A model generated the notes under the pieces. It worked only from the letters and a program-made list of their open reading frames with translations. It had not been told where the DNA came from and ran no database searches. Below, piece after piece: positions 1 through 13,310 of a stretch of 64,000 nt of DNA. Every line of letters starts with the position of its first letter. Positions within the stretch are counted from its first letter, which is position 1. This stretch comes from Chrysomallon squamiferum. Lineage: Eukaryota > Animalia > Mollusca. A program made the position numbers and the translations under genes. The stretch is from assembly GCA_012295275.1 (NCBI GenBank), contig CM022671.1, positions 34,906,001-34,970,000 of the forward strand, given 5' to 3'.

Positions 1-389
1 ATGTCTCTGACAAATAAATAAACAAGGCAAAATGGTAAGCCTCAAATTTATCTGCGTACATTTTATCATATAACTATGTAACAGCACTTTGAAAATAGTT
101 CTTGTTCTAGGAGTGAAAGGGGGTGGGGTGGGGGATATCAAATTTTTTACAAATTAGAGATAAAAAAATAAAATCTGATATGTTTGTGAAAAAGATGAAT
201 AAACCTGAATGAAGCACAGATTTGATTTGTTGTTAAGTGACCTTTTAATGCTAGAAACAGTGGAAAGCATGTAGAAAAAACATCCCTTGTTCACCACAAC
301 CAAATAAAATGAAAAAAAAAAAAAAAAAAAAAAACTAGTTTTAAAACTTTCAAGAATACACATAAAATACTTTTTAAAGTGTCCAATGT

Positions 390-3300
390 TTATACATGAA
401 TGAGATCACCATCAGCCTCCACTGCATCAGTTGCTGTTGCTGTAGTTGTGGTTTCCATCATGGTTGTGTTTGTGATTGTTTTGACGACTTCTCGAAGCTC
501 GTTCACTTCTGATTCAATAGATCTGTAACAAATCAAAGTATTAAAATAAAAATAGAAAATTTAAATTGATTTAATATATAAAAAAAAAAAAAGAAGAAAT
601 ATTTAATCAAATGTTTTTATTTTCATAGAACTACAACAAATGAAAGTAATAAACTACAAAAAATTTAAAACTGATTTAGTAATACCAAAAATAAAAGATA
701 TTTTACCAAACACATTTTGTGTTTGAAATTACCTATTTTCATAAACCTTTAACAAATAAAAGTATTAAAATATAAAATGTAAAAATAAATTAATTTAACA
801 ATATTAAAAAAATTTAAAAATAATTATTTTACAAAAAGCTTTTAAATTAGAATTTTAAGACAAGAAATACTAGCCTCCAGTTTTCACTTGAAGTATGTAC
901 CACTGTAGTGTGTACATCCATCTGTTTCTGTAGACCACTGATTTCAGCTCGTAGAGAACTTAGACAAGTGTGCAGGTTATCTAGAGGTCTGAAATACACA
1001 GAAACATACACAATGAACAATACACATTTCTACCACAGTTCTGAAATACACAGGAAACATACACAATGAACAATACACGTTTTTAACATAGGTCTGAAAT
1101 ACACAGGAAACATACACAATGAACAATACACATTTTTACTACAGGCCTGAAATACAGAAACATATATGATGAACAATATCCTTTTTTTTACTGCAGATCT
1201 GAAATACACAGAAATATACACACTGAACAATACACATTTTAACTACAGGTGTGAAATACACAGAAACATACACACTGAACAATACACATTTTTACCACAG
1301 GTCTGAAATACGCAGGAAGTTACAAAATACAATATAGCCATCACAATTTATAATTTTTTATGTAATGAAGCTCAAGCAACAGGTACCTGCTTTCCAGAGT
1401 TCTTGCTGCTGTGTCTTCCAGCAGTTTTTCTACAGCTTCCAGATCAAGTGGCAGCGGAGGTATCGTGATTGTGTCCTCCATATCAACCTGAGTCTCTTTG
1501 TCTTCTCCATTCACAGACTCAGAATTCTTCTTCTTCGACTGGAGTTTCTTCGTCAGCTGTTCAATTTGTCCAATATTAGCAGTTAACTTCATTGTAGATG
1601 TTAATACTAGATTTATTCTCACAAGACTGTTTTTACAGGTGATGTAGGAGTCGGTAAAATGAATATTTTCAGACGTTTTCAGGAAATATGAAGATAATGT
1701 TAAATGGATAGATTTGAAAAACAGATTCTGTTTGTCTGCATGCACATGCAAGTATATCTTGTGAAATAATAATTTTTATTGTATTTTTAGTCAATGCAGA
1801 AATCATTTACAATGTTTCTACTTCTGTAATTTTTCCTCTACCCAAATATTCATTTATTACATTTATCTGAACAAATTCAGTTTTCAATCAATTCTAACAT
1901 GCACTGTATCTAACATATGATAAAAAAAAATAATATATTCAGTAGGCTGGATCATAAACATATCTGTCACAACAGCATAAAATAATAACAAACTATAAAC
2001 AAATATTTTCAGGGCTGTTTGCATTTTCAGCATATACCAATCAAAGCTTTCAAAAATGAAAATTATTTCAGTACGAATTAAAAAATAATAATAATAAAAC
2101 TAACTTTATGGTAACTGACAGTAGATTTGAGAGCGCTACGAAGTTCAGTAACTCTTGATCTCTGTTTCATCTTCTCCTGACGTGACGCAGCCAACTCTGC
2201 CTGGAGGGCATCCACCTCATCTTGTTTTTCCTGCAGTTAATTAACATTTGACAGTACTCAATGTTTGAAATTCAGAAAGAGCAAAAAAGATTAAAAATTT
2301 GAAAGATATGTAAAAATTAAGGAAAAACAAAAAAAAGGGAAAACTGTCTGGTGTGAGAAAGTGGAATTTATTAATTTTATTATTATAATTATTATCTTTT
2401 ATTTTCTTCTTAAATTTGTTATTATTTGAAACATAAAATTAATAATAAATAAATAAATAATTGCACTAAATATTTTGTTATTTTTACCTGTAGAGTTTTC
2501 TTCATCACTTCAAGTTCTGAATTCTGTCGCTGCTCAGCGAGTTTCATCTGCTCGTGTACTTGTTCAACTTCCTTCACCTTCTGTGCCAGCTGCCACTGCA
2601 ACGACTGAACCAACAGACACAACCATTTTAATTCCATCTCAATAAACTACTTGACAGGTTTTTTTTTTAATTATTAGCTAGAAAAGATTTTCCATATTAA
2701 TCTATTTCATGACTTTTGCAGTTGTGGCTTGAGCAGGAAAACTTCCTGCACTCTTAATCTCAACAGAAATAGAACCATAAAAAGTAGCTGACACTACAAA
2801 CAAACAACACACATTTAACCAAAATTCACAACCAACCTGAATCTGTTCCATAAGCACTGGGTTTCGAGCGAGATTATCAGCCAAATCTCTCTTCACCCGA
2901 TCCAACTCATGCTCCAGTGTATGGTTGTGTGCTTCGAGATTAGCGACTTCTGACTGATGAGAAAGAGCGAGCTGGACGACTGCGCTCAACGTCTGACTGT
3001 AACTGTGTCACTTCCTGCTCCTTTGTCTCCAGGTCCTGTTTCAGCTGTTCCTGCTCCTGTCTGATTGTGTCCGTCTGCTTTCGTAGTCGCTTGTTTTCTG
3101 TTATTTTTGTTCCAATCTAAAATATAAGTGGAATGAAAATAACTTTCACAGTTTTTTTAATACTCACTTTTAGACAACAACTATACCAAGTATATATATG
3201 ATATTTCCTTGGGCTTTGCTCATTTCCAAACATTACAGAGCATCATGAACATAAATTCAGAAAGTATTTGATTTAGTTTTTTCTCATGCACCATCAGTCT

Positions 3301-6300
3301 AACATTTTAAAAAGCATTTTAATATTTTCATGACTGTTAATAGCAGCCTGGGGATATTTTACCTGCACTGACTGTCCACAAAAGACAATATGTTAACAGT
3401 TTATTTATCTATTTATCCGTTAAAACATTACATCTTTTCTATTATTAATGTCAGCAAAAAGTTATTCATCTATTACCATTTAAAACATGTTTTTCAGAAA
3501 TTCTATTTAACGTCATGAAAACATTATTCATATATTTACCACATAAAAGATATTTTTCAGAAATCCCATCTATCGTCAACAAAAAGTTATAAAGATCTGA
3601 CCACTTTCGGAACACAATTAATTTCACTAGTTTTAAAAATACCTGTTTTCTCAGATCTCGCTGACTCTCTTTTTCCTTCTGCAGAGTCTCCTCCAGCCCC
3701 TGGATTCGACTCACATACTCCTGTTCTTTGAGTCCCTGTCCTGATATTGTGTCTCGTAGATGTGTGTGTAGCTCCACTAGAGACGACTCCCTCCTTGCTA
3801 AAGCTTCTTCTAGCTGACCTACGTGTTCTTTCAGAGCAGAGTTGTTCTGAAGTAAGCCTAACAACCAATAATTATCTCATTAATAATAATAAAAATGTAG
3901 AAGTCTGTATAAGGGGCTAGATTATTTCTGTAAAATCTAAATTTTTGTCAAACTTTATAAAAAAAAATTACTTAAAAATGTATATAAATGTAATTATAAA
4001 CAATAAAGACTAGAGGTGTAGCATGACACAGTGCAAGCATACGTAGATACAATTTAGTGTTATAATATGATGAAGTTACATGTTGAATGTATTGTCACTA
4101 TTACATGTTATTAAAACAACGTAGAAATTGATTTTTCTTTGACCATTTCTTTAAATATTAAATTGTACACTCTGAACATAGTATTTACTCTGAATATTGT
4201 TTATTGCACACAAACATTTTCTTTCCATCAAAGTAATGTTATTTAGTTTTCCTCATTGGAAATTACAAGGGGTATTTTAACCTGCAAGTCTTCCTCTTTC
4301 TTTTTCTAGTTCCAACTCAAGCTCAGTATACAATGCAGCTTTCTTCTCACTCTCAGTTTGTTTCTCCTGCTGTTCCAGCAACTCTTTTTCCAGAGCAGAC
4401 AACTGTTGTTTGAGGTCATTGATTTCTGCATCTTTGTTTTGCTGAAGGAGACTAAGATGGTTGACTAGTTCATGTTCTCGTATTCGAGTTGCTTGCAGCT
4501 CTGAAGCAAGAGTCTGTTAAAGAAAGATAATGTTATACAATTAGCATAATAAATTCAAAACCTACAAAACATGGAAACACATACATTATAGGATGATGCT
4601 GTTTTTCTCTCTTCTTAAGTGTGCACATTCACAATCAACAATAATTACAGGATTTAAAAGTTACTGCCTCTCAGTGAAATATGTATCTATTGCAATATTA
4701 CAAACTCTGAATGATACATTGACAATACTGAAATAAACAAAATATTATTATTATAAAACAAGTGTTTTAAATTAAAAGATACATTGAAGTATTTCAACTA
4801 CCTGAAGTTCTTGTTCCATTTCACCCTTCTGTTGTCCAGTGGTAAGTTCAAATTTTCTGTTAGCCATTTCTAGCTCAGTTTCCAATTTCTGTTTATCCAC
4901 CAGAGCTTCATTCAACTTGGATTTCAAAGATTCTTTCTCAGCTTCATATGTTTTCTGTCTCTCTGACAGCTCATTCTTCACATCCATCAAGTGGTTCTCG
5001 AGCTGGGCAACTTTCTCTTCATTCTCAGCACAAAGCTGTTTGCGTTCTCCTTCAGCAAGAGATAATTTTTCTTTTAATCCTTCAGTTTCTGTAACAAGAT
5101 GTTGATAACTGTCTGATGACTGTAGCAATTTCATCTCCTGAACCTTCTGATTGTCAGAGACCTCAGAATTCTCTTTGACACTGTCCAGTTCAGCTGTAAC
5201 TTTGGTCGTCTCTTCTTGTGCAGTTGCCAGTGTTTTCTGTAAAGTTTCCAGTTTTTCTTTCAAAATGCTGACTTCATTTTCCAATGAGGCTTTCTGCATC
5301 TGCATCTGCTGCACAGCAAGTGATTTCCCATCAAAGTCTCGCTGCATGGTGTCATAGCTTTTGTTTTTAATGCTCAGATCTTTTCTCAATCTTTCCAGCT
5401 CTGTCACAAGTTCTTTTCTGTCCGTGGACATTCTTTCAAGTTCTGCATCTTTCACACCAAGTTCTTGTTTCATCTGTTTGAAATTTTTCTCCACTTTACT
5501 CAGATCTCCCTTCAGCAGATCAAGGGCACTGTCAACAGCAGCTTTTTCCTTAAGAGCAGAGTTTAAGGCAATTTCTATCGCTGCTTTCTCTTCTTTCAAC
5601 TTCAAAACTTCTGTATCCTTAGCTGTAAGGTTTGCCTGAAAGCCTCGCAACTGATTTTCAACCTCAATTAATTTTTGATTCAGCTCTTCTGCAATTTTGT
5701 CTTTTTCTAACATGTTCTCCTCATACAGAGTCAATTTCTTCATCAGCTCCATCTGCTCATTTTCGAGCGAGTAGATCTGTGCATGTTTTTTCTTCAAGTT
5801 ACTCTGGGTTTTGTCAAGCTGGGTTTCAAGATCACTGTTAATCTGCATGAGAAGTGACAAGTGTGACTTTTCATCTTCTGCAAGCTGAAGTTTTGTGTTA
5901 AATGTTTCCTCAATCATGGATCTTTCTCTCTGGATTTCTAAATAAGAGGCTTCCCTTTCCATCATGTCTGTCTCAATGGCTTCTAGATGCTTAGCTAGAG
6001 CCTCTTTCTGTTTCAGAGCTTTCTGCTGGGATTCATTCAGCTGCTGCCTCAATCGACCATTCTCCGTTTTAAGTCTTTCCACAATGGTGGTCTGAGACAC
6101 TGTCTGTGCCTGCAGCATCGTCAGCTCTCTCTGTAACTGTGACCTGACCTCGTGAGCAAGCTGCAGCTGCTGCTGATACCACTCTTTACTGTTCATCAGC
6201 GAGGCTATGTCACTCTTGACAGCTTTCATCTCTGCCTCAGAATCCACCTTGCTCTGTTGAACTGTCTGCACTTCAATGTACAGCTCAGCAACTTTGTTCT

Positions 6301-9300
6301 TCAGTGCCTGGATTGTAATTTCTTTGGATTTCAAATGATCGTGAACATCTTTCATCTTTAGCTGCAGTTTGTCTGTTGCTTCTTGTGCTAACTGCAGTTC
6401 ATCACTGAGCAGTTTTATCTCCTCTATTTTTTCTTCCAACAGTCGCTGAGTTCCAAGTAGTGACTGCTCCAGTATGTCTTTCGACTTTTTCATGTGTTCC
6501 ACTTCTTGTTTCAAGGCATCTTTTTCTGGCTCACTTTCTCCGGCTTTCCTAGAAAGAATTTTCAGTCTCAAAGATGCAAGCTGAGCTTGGAGATCCGCTC
6601 TCTCCTGCAGAGTGGACTGGGCCTCACTGGTCAGCACCTCCAGCTGGCCTTCAAGTTTGGCCTTTTCCTTAAGCACCGAACTGAGCTGTTTTTGTAAATC
6701 ACTGTTTGAAGATGTGTCAGATATATTTGACTCTTTACTTTGGTTGAATGACAAAGATCTGTTCTGTGCACCAAACTTAGGAAACAATGGTTCTATATCT
6801 GGAAGCACGTATGTCGGTGTTTTTGATTTAACACTGAAAGGTGTAGAACTGCTAATGGGCTGGTTTAAACTAATATCAACTCCAGAGTCTGAGTGAAGGA
6901 TATCTGCAGCCAATGGATGCTCAGATCTGTAAGGTATTTCATTCACTGATGAATGTGAGTTTCTAACTTTGTCCTCAGCATCAAAAGAATCCAGAGACAT
7001 TTCTGATACAACATCAGAGGAACTGTCATGGTCATTAGAAACGCTTGTGTGTGAAATGTTGTTCATCTTCTGGTTAAATGACTTTTCAAGAGATTGCTTA
7101 CTAACACTATTCTGACTGCCACTTCCTTTCTTTAACTGTTTTTGCTTTGATGGTTTATCAGATTCTGACTTTGCCTCCATTCGTTTTCCATCTTTAGAAG
7201 AAAACCAAGAAGCCTTTTCTTTCATTGTTGTGAGCTGTGCTGCAGGTATTGGGATCAGTTCTGGCATGTCACCTCTATCTTGTGGTGGCTGCTGATGATT
7301 ACTGTCCAATGAGATTTTTCTTTTTTCATTCTTTTGACTCGCTTCCAAGTCATCATGAAGATGCATTTTCTCAGATTCCTGTTTTTGCATCTGTAACACA
7401 AATACATAAATAATGAACTGATCCACAACTGTTTGCATCATCTATAGTGAAAAAGTGGTGCAGTAATTTTTTAGTAATCAAATATTACAGTAATGAGTCC
7501 TGGTTGGTTTTTAGTTTTATAATTTATGGTTAATTTATCTTTTGGCAATTTTATTTTTTAAATTTCTTTTAAATAAAAATTCAGTCAAAATATTAATAAT
7601 CAACTTAAAACATAGATACAGAAACAAATGCATTAAAATTACGTTCACACTATGATACAAATAAAGAAACATAAAATAATCACTTAGAAGAAACAAAATA
7701 TTTTCCCCCAGATTTAAGTAAATTATAAAAAGAACAAATAAAATAATTTATTGGTGAGCATTCAGAAAGTATTTAAAATTACCTCCTGGCTCTTGGTTTT
7801 ACTTTCACCAATCATTTTAACAACATCATCAGAGCTGTTTGAAACAGACATCTTCATCTTTTTCTCTGCTTCAGCAACAATCTGTGCCACGACATCTGGT
7901 GGTGCAGGAGCTATGTCTTTTTTACCTGTCCACACAAAAAAATAATTATTTCACACAATGCTCACAGTATTGTTGTAAAATCTAATAACAAAAGTTTTGA
8001 CCAAAAATAATAATTATTATAAAAAAATTTAAAAAAAAGAAAAAATTTAAAACCTGCAAATGGGTTGATTTATAATAATTCTATTTATTTTTCTTTTCTT
8101 TTCTAAATTCTTCAGTTAAAAAAAATAACACAAGAGAAACATCCAACCAATTATAGAGTTTGTATTAGTTTAACAACAAACACTAGAGCATACCACTTAA
8201 TTTTCTGCCATAATTATTGCCTGATAAACACTTCTTTAAAAAAACAAATTGATTAATTTACTGGTAACAGCTACTGACAACTATAGCAAGGTTTCTTAAT
8301 ATGATAAACAGGTGAATCTAACAATGGCACTGTAGGAAATACATAAGAGAAAATAGTGACCACACTGAATCTGGAAAGATATATATCATTACACAGATCT
8401 TCACCTACAAAACACATTTATATATTCTGTACAGTGTCAACTTACCTATGACAGACCGCTGTAGTCGTAAAGCTTTAGCCACAGTGTCAAAAGTATTGCT
8501 TCCCTCACCCTCTGCTGCAGACACACTCGTGTCTTTCTTGCTGTCCTCAGATGACATCATCTTAGCTGTTGTGATGGAAGCTGAAGCTGATGACATCACT
8601 GTAGTTCTGCCAATAAATCTGAGTTTCTTGGGAGACTTGATGTGTCTTGAAACAGCACTGGTGTTAGCAGACACCTGGAATTACATTAACAGTTGTTTAA
8701 ATCAAACATTTGTTTTTTTTAAGAGAGGGAACATAATCATAATGTCATTTTTGCTTATTAACATGAAGCAGTGTTGTGTTATTATTTCTATTTCTATAAC
8801 TGTGTTTTTAATGTTCAAATACAGCTTCCAGAACCATATGCTGAACTATGCATGTATTATAATGAGTACACTAGAAAGAGAAAATATAAGTTAATCAATA
8901 ATCCACTAACCATGCAGGGTCAAGTTAAATCCTTATCGTAATTCACTTTTACTTGTATCCACTGCTTAGTACATTACTAGCATATTACACAAACCTGGTA
9001 TGTTAGCTGCTATCAAACAAGTGACTTTCTCACCACAGTTGTTCTGCAAACTATTAACACAGTAATGTTAGAACACTTCAATGAAGTAAGGCAAACTATT
9101 AACACAGTAAGGTTAGAACACTTCAATGAAGTAAGACAATTACAACGATTAGTTTAGGTAACAAACCTGGTTCAGAAATGACACATCCGCTGCGCTGTTT
9201 TGAACTGTTGATTCACTGGAACTGCTAGAGTAATAGTCATCGGGGTTGACAAGGAAATGGTCGCTACTGAGATTATGCTGAAAGTATGCTGCTCCCTGTG

Positions 9301-9913
9301 CTGTGTTAGCGGAGTAACTTGCTCCTGAAGTAGAGCTGCTCAGAGTAACTGTGGATAATGTGTCGACTGGACTGATGTACTTCGAATTTGAGTAACAACC
9401 ACTAACTGTAAAGCAAAATATTATACAATACTATAAACTATTGTAAACACAAAATATTATACTGCAATCACAAGTAAACTGATGTAAACAGAAAATATTA
9501 TACTGTATTATAAGTAAACTGATGTAAACACAAAATATTGTATTATATTGTAACAAAACTAATGCATTCTGTAACACAAAATAGTACACTAAGTTATATG
9601 AAGTACACAAGTATTTTGCTGAACATGATGACATCCTGGTCAACTACCTTATTTTAGTATGCTGCAATGATCAGTTTATACTTTTTACAATCAATAGTAA
9701 AATATATTATCAGAATTTTGTTTATTAAATTATCAGTAATTTTTTATTACCATCAAACTGTGGATGTGCAAATGAATTTGGATATTCAGAGTCTTGGAAA
9801 CATGAATCGTAGTTGACAACAGCATCAAAAGAATCTACATTGTGACGCTGCGGTTGTGCAGGGTCATTTTCTTCAAATGTCACCTGTTCCAAAGTCAACC
9901 TAAATGGCTCCAT
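390..9913 (-). CDS. GOLGA3: Golgin subfamily A member 3 (golgin-160) ortholog, 13 coding exons; one exon carries a +1 frameshift in this sequence
   Basis: Manually spliced exons: 9751-9913, 9167-9405, 8446-8674, 7783-7925, 4802-7390, 4282-4513, 3643-3857, 2837-3116, 2488-2604, 2105-2230, 1387-1556, 875-988, 390-522. Phases are consistent except for exon 2837-3116. The protein has a low-complexity head and a long coiled coil. LELEKERGRLAGLLQNNSALKEHVGQLEEALARRE and PLDNLHTCLSSLRAEISGLQKQMDVH match recalled human GOLGA3 segments (LELEHEKGKLTGLGQSNAALREH..., PLKNLNSCLQQLKQEMDSLQRQMEEH). The start codon is inferred. Confidence 0.9.
986..1318. repeat. 52-53 bp intronic minisatellite (~6.4 units) whose unit contains the GOLGA3 3' splice site
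   Basis: Unit ggtctgaaatacacagaaacatacacaatgaacaatacacatttctaccaca starts at about 986, 1038, 1091, 1144, 1196, 1248 and 1300. On the - strand it reads ...tgtgtatttcag|acc. Confidence 0.9.
9046..9135. repeat. 45-bp direct tandem duplication (intronic)
   Basis: gcaaactattaacacagtaa(t/g)gttagaacacttcaatgaagtaag at 9046 and 9091. Confidence 0.85.
9404..9590. repeat. Degenerate ~40-bp tandem repeat abutting the acceptor of GOLGA3 exon 9167-9405
   Basis: Recurring tgtaaa(c/g)-(a)caaaatattat core (~5 copies) beginning at the acceptor (ctgtaaagcaaaatattat). Confidence 0.55.
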
Positions 9914-10819
9914 GGGGGCTGCCAAGCTGCCGCCCCATTATCCTGAACTCATCTGTAGAAATCTGGTAAGAAACCATTTAAATTTTCATAAACATTCAAC
10001 ACCTAAAAACAAAGATTAGTACTTGTTAGATATAACCTTTTTCTTCCTCAGTGACATAATATCCAATGCTACTTGGCAGAGCTAATTATGTTATCTTTGT
10101 GTTGCTATATACTTATTATTACAGTCCAGTGATAATTTACCACAATGTAAACACACTGTGTAAAAAAACAATGTTGCAATATATGTTAATTACCTTTATT
10201 TTCATTAGAAAATTATAATTTGCAATTTTTTAACATTCTCACTTTGCTCCCCCCCCCATCATTAACAGTTATAACCTAATCTTACGCATCTTTTAATTTA
10301 ACAGTACAACATAATATACAAAACTTCCTATGCAGATAATAAATAAGAAGTGATTAAAAATCAGGCGATAGAAAGATATGGTATTATATGTTTTCAGCTT
10401 AATTGTTTACTTTTATTTTTGACATCTTGTCAACCCTATTTAAATTGTAATGGTTATAAGTATTAATGTTTACTTTGCTTTAAAAAGAACAATGTTAATA
10501 TTACACTACCAGTTAAGTTCAGTTCTTAATGTCGAGAAATCCGTTGTCGCGAAAATGTTCTCAGTCACACTCACTGTCAGTCTGTCAAATTTGAAGCAGA
10601 ATCTAGATCTTCAACTCAAGGAAATAAAAACTTATTTCAACTAAATAATGGATTTGTGGGAATATAAAATAGGTTACTATATTTGTGATAATATAAATAA
10701 AAGTTCTGTGAAGTGAGCAATTTTGCATTCATTGATCACTTTATTGCAAATGTCTTATTTACATTACAATTATAAAGCTTTCTGCTTACTTTTGGCCCAA
10801 AATGTGTACAGCCTTGCTA

Positions 10820-11100
10820 ACTGGTAATTGACGTTTTTCGGCGTCAATTAAATTCAATTGATCTGCGGACCATTTTATTGCGTTCGGTCTGTAAATTCGA
10901 TCTCACGGGACAGCACGAGAACCACGTGGCATTAGCGTATTCGGAATTGTTCGGATATCTTCGGAAACATTTATTGAAATTTTATTTGAAATAAATGCAT
11001 CTTTGACATCATGAATAAATGGTGTAAATAAATTTTGAATGCATAAAAGTTATCATTTTAATATTCTGGTAACCATTCCTATTTAATAACCGGAAGAAAA
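10820..11100. promoter_or_regulatory. Probable GOLGA3 promoter region
   Basis: Locally CpG-rich stretch upstream of the gene. It contains inverted TGACG half-sites (aattgacg-N8-cgtcaatt, 10826-10849), a CCACGTGG E-box (10922-10929) and an ETS-like CCGGAAG (~11090). The TSS cannot be seen. Confidence 0.4.
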
Positions 11101-11280
11101 ATGATAATAAAATTAACATATAATGTTTTTATAGAAGTAATCGTGACATAAACGCGTATATGTAGACCGTTAGCTTTGTTAGTTTGTTGTTGTTGTTATT
11201 ATTTTTATGAGATAGTGGTTTCCTTTATATTACTATACTACATGAAGAATGGAATTAATTAACAGAAAGTAATTTCTAAA

Positions 11281-11315
<35 letters not shown>

Positions 11316-11973
11316 CAGTAAAATAGAGAATAATAAAGGGATTAACTAGTAAAGTCTCTCTCAGATAAATATATCAATAAAAAGCCAGTGATCGTAAACA
11401 TATAAATACTTGAGAAATTTCTCCCCAGTACAAGGTTCCGAGATAAAATAAATTTTTGTTTTTTTTAATGTCTGCTTTAAAAGCGATATGGCTAGCCGGC
11501 TACAGCTATAATAGATCATTTCACTTCATATTTTAGACTGTTATAAAAAAAAATATTTTATTGTGTCTATAGTTCGAATGTACGAGACGGAAAATAAAAT
11601 GCGGAATCTTCAGTAATGTAGGCATTGCGTGCCCTACCAAGCATACATATTTCATTAGCATCTTTTTGTTTCTCCTCAGATTCTTTTATACCATTTATGT
11701 ATCCGCATGCTATTTCAAAAACTGTGTTTATGACAGGCATTCTTCACAAAGAAAAAAACAAAAACAACTTAATTCAGATATTTATTGAAAAATAATTTTT
11801 GTATTCTCTTACCATATAGATATAAATTCAATTTTTACTGTTATACTATACTATATACCGAGCAACTACAAAATAGCTAGTTACAATTCCGATTAATAAG
11901 GTACGTGACTATCTCTCTCACGCATGTGATTAACTAAAAAAAAATATACAACTAAAGCAATAATTATAATTAA

Positions 11974-12952
11974 TTAAAGCTTCCTTGCCAGTAAGACATA
12001 TACAGCATAGTCATTCGATTCAATGTGCGACATAGAGAATGCTTTAGACTGGTTTTCCAAAATCTCATAGCTTGCATTTCGTAAAGCCTTTTCCATATCG
12101 GACATCGAAAATGCCAGGTGGTGAAATTCTTTGTCGTTTACGACGTATGACGTGGTATTCAGAGCACCGCAGATAACGAGATGACCACCAGAAGGAAGAA
12201 GGGACGCCACGTTTTTCAGACATTGCGTATATTCGGAGATACTTTTAGCAGCACAACCGATGCAAAAGCTGGACATAACAACATCAAACGCTTCTATAAA
12301 TTCTTCCCCAAGGGGATGTGTTTTAGTGACGTCACAGGTAACCACTTTCTTCACTGATTTCTTTATCTGGTTTATTTTTCTTTCGATCCACTTCGGGATG
12401 TCTCTAAATTAATGTGAAAAAAAAAAAAAAAAATAAATAAATAAATAAATAAATACATACATACAACCATATTTGTTTCTGTGCGTGCTAATAAAAAAAT
12501 ATTATTGTCACACTTTATTTTTAGCAAAGGTTGGTTTCCTCTTACTATAATTAAGATCAATCATTTAGAAGTATACCAAATTTGTTTGCGGTACATGTTC
12601 GAATCACTAAAGGTATACTTCAAGAAAAGAAAATATAAAATAAATAAATTAATTAATTAAAAAATCTCAGTATTTTTGAGTATCTCTTACTATAATATTT
12701 TGTACATACCCAGCACCAGCTAGTTCTGCAATGAATTTCATTATTGATTCCCATTTGAAAGTGGTGTGTTGTCCTTTCAACCAGTTTCTTATGACGTCAA
12801 GATTAGCTTCGGCAATGTCCGCCATTACAATATCAGTGAACTGTTCTGGGGCCATAATAACAGCGGCAATGCTTGGGCCACATCCAATGTCCAGAAATCG
12901 GTGACCGCTCACTCTTTCTGAAAGGAGAATGAGTCAGCTTTGAATTGTATTT

Positions 12953-13030
<78 letters not shown>

Positions 13031-13092
13031 CTAATTATTTATTTTTAATTAATTTATTCTTATTATTATGTTGTTGTTGTTTTGTTGTTATT

Positions 13093-13132
<40 letters not shown>

Positions 13133-13310
13133 TTTTGACACTTCATCCACATTTAAATGACTAGTTACGGTAACACTTACCATTGTTTAATGATTTGTAA
13201 ACAGCTGAAAGTAAATACTTGTTGAGTTCAGACAGCGATCCCCAGAACACCTTTAGGAAATGTTCTGCAGAAAACTTATCCTTGTAATCATTTCCATATA
13301 ACAGCTCCAT
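11974..13310 (-). CDS. NNMT/PNMT/INMT(TEMT)-family SAM-dependent N-methyltransferase, 3 exons, ~255 aa
   Basis: Exons 13181-13310, 12710-12917 and 11974-12403, all GT-AG, with phase 1 then phase 2 introns as I recall for vertebrate NNMT. SAM motif I FLDIGCGPS, plus FTDIVMAD, VVTCDVTK..P, FDVVMSSFCI and SLLPSGGHLVI. Confidence 0.9.
12950..13135. repeat. Compound (ATTT)n/(ATT)n/(GTT)n microsatellite in methyltransferase intron 1
   Basis: Directly visible simple repeats. Confidence 0.9.

Noticed and set aside
4772-7441. 889-aa ORF as a stand-alone gene
   Set aside because: It is one 2589-nt internal GOLGA3 exon (4802-7390) with clean AG/GT ends in phase with its neighbours.
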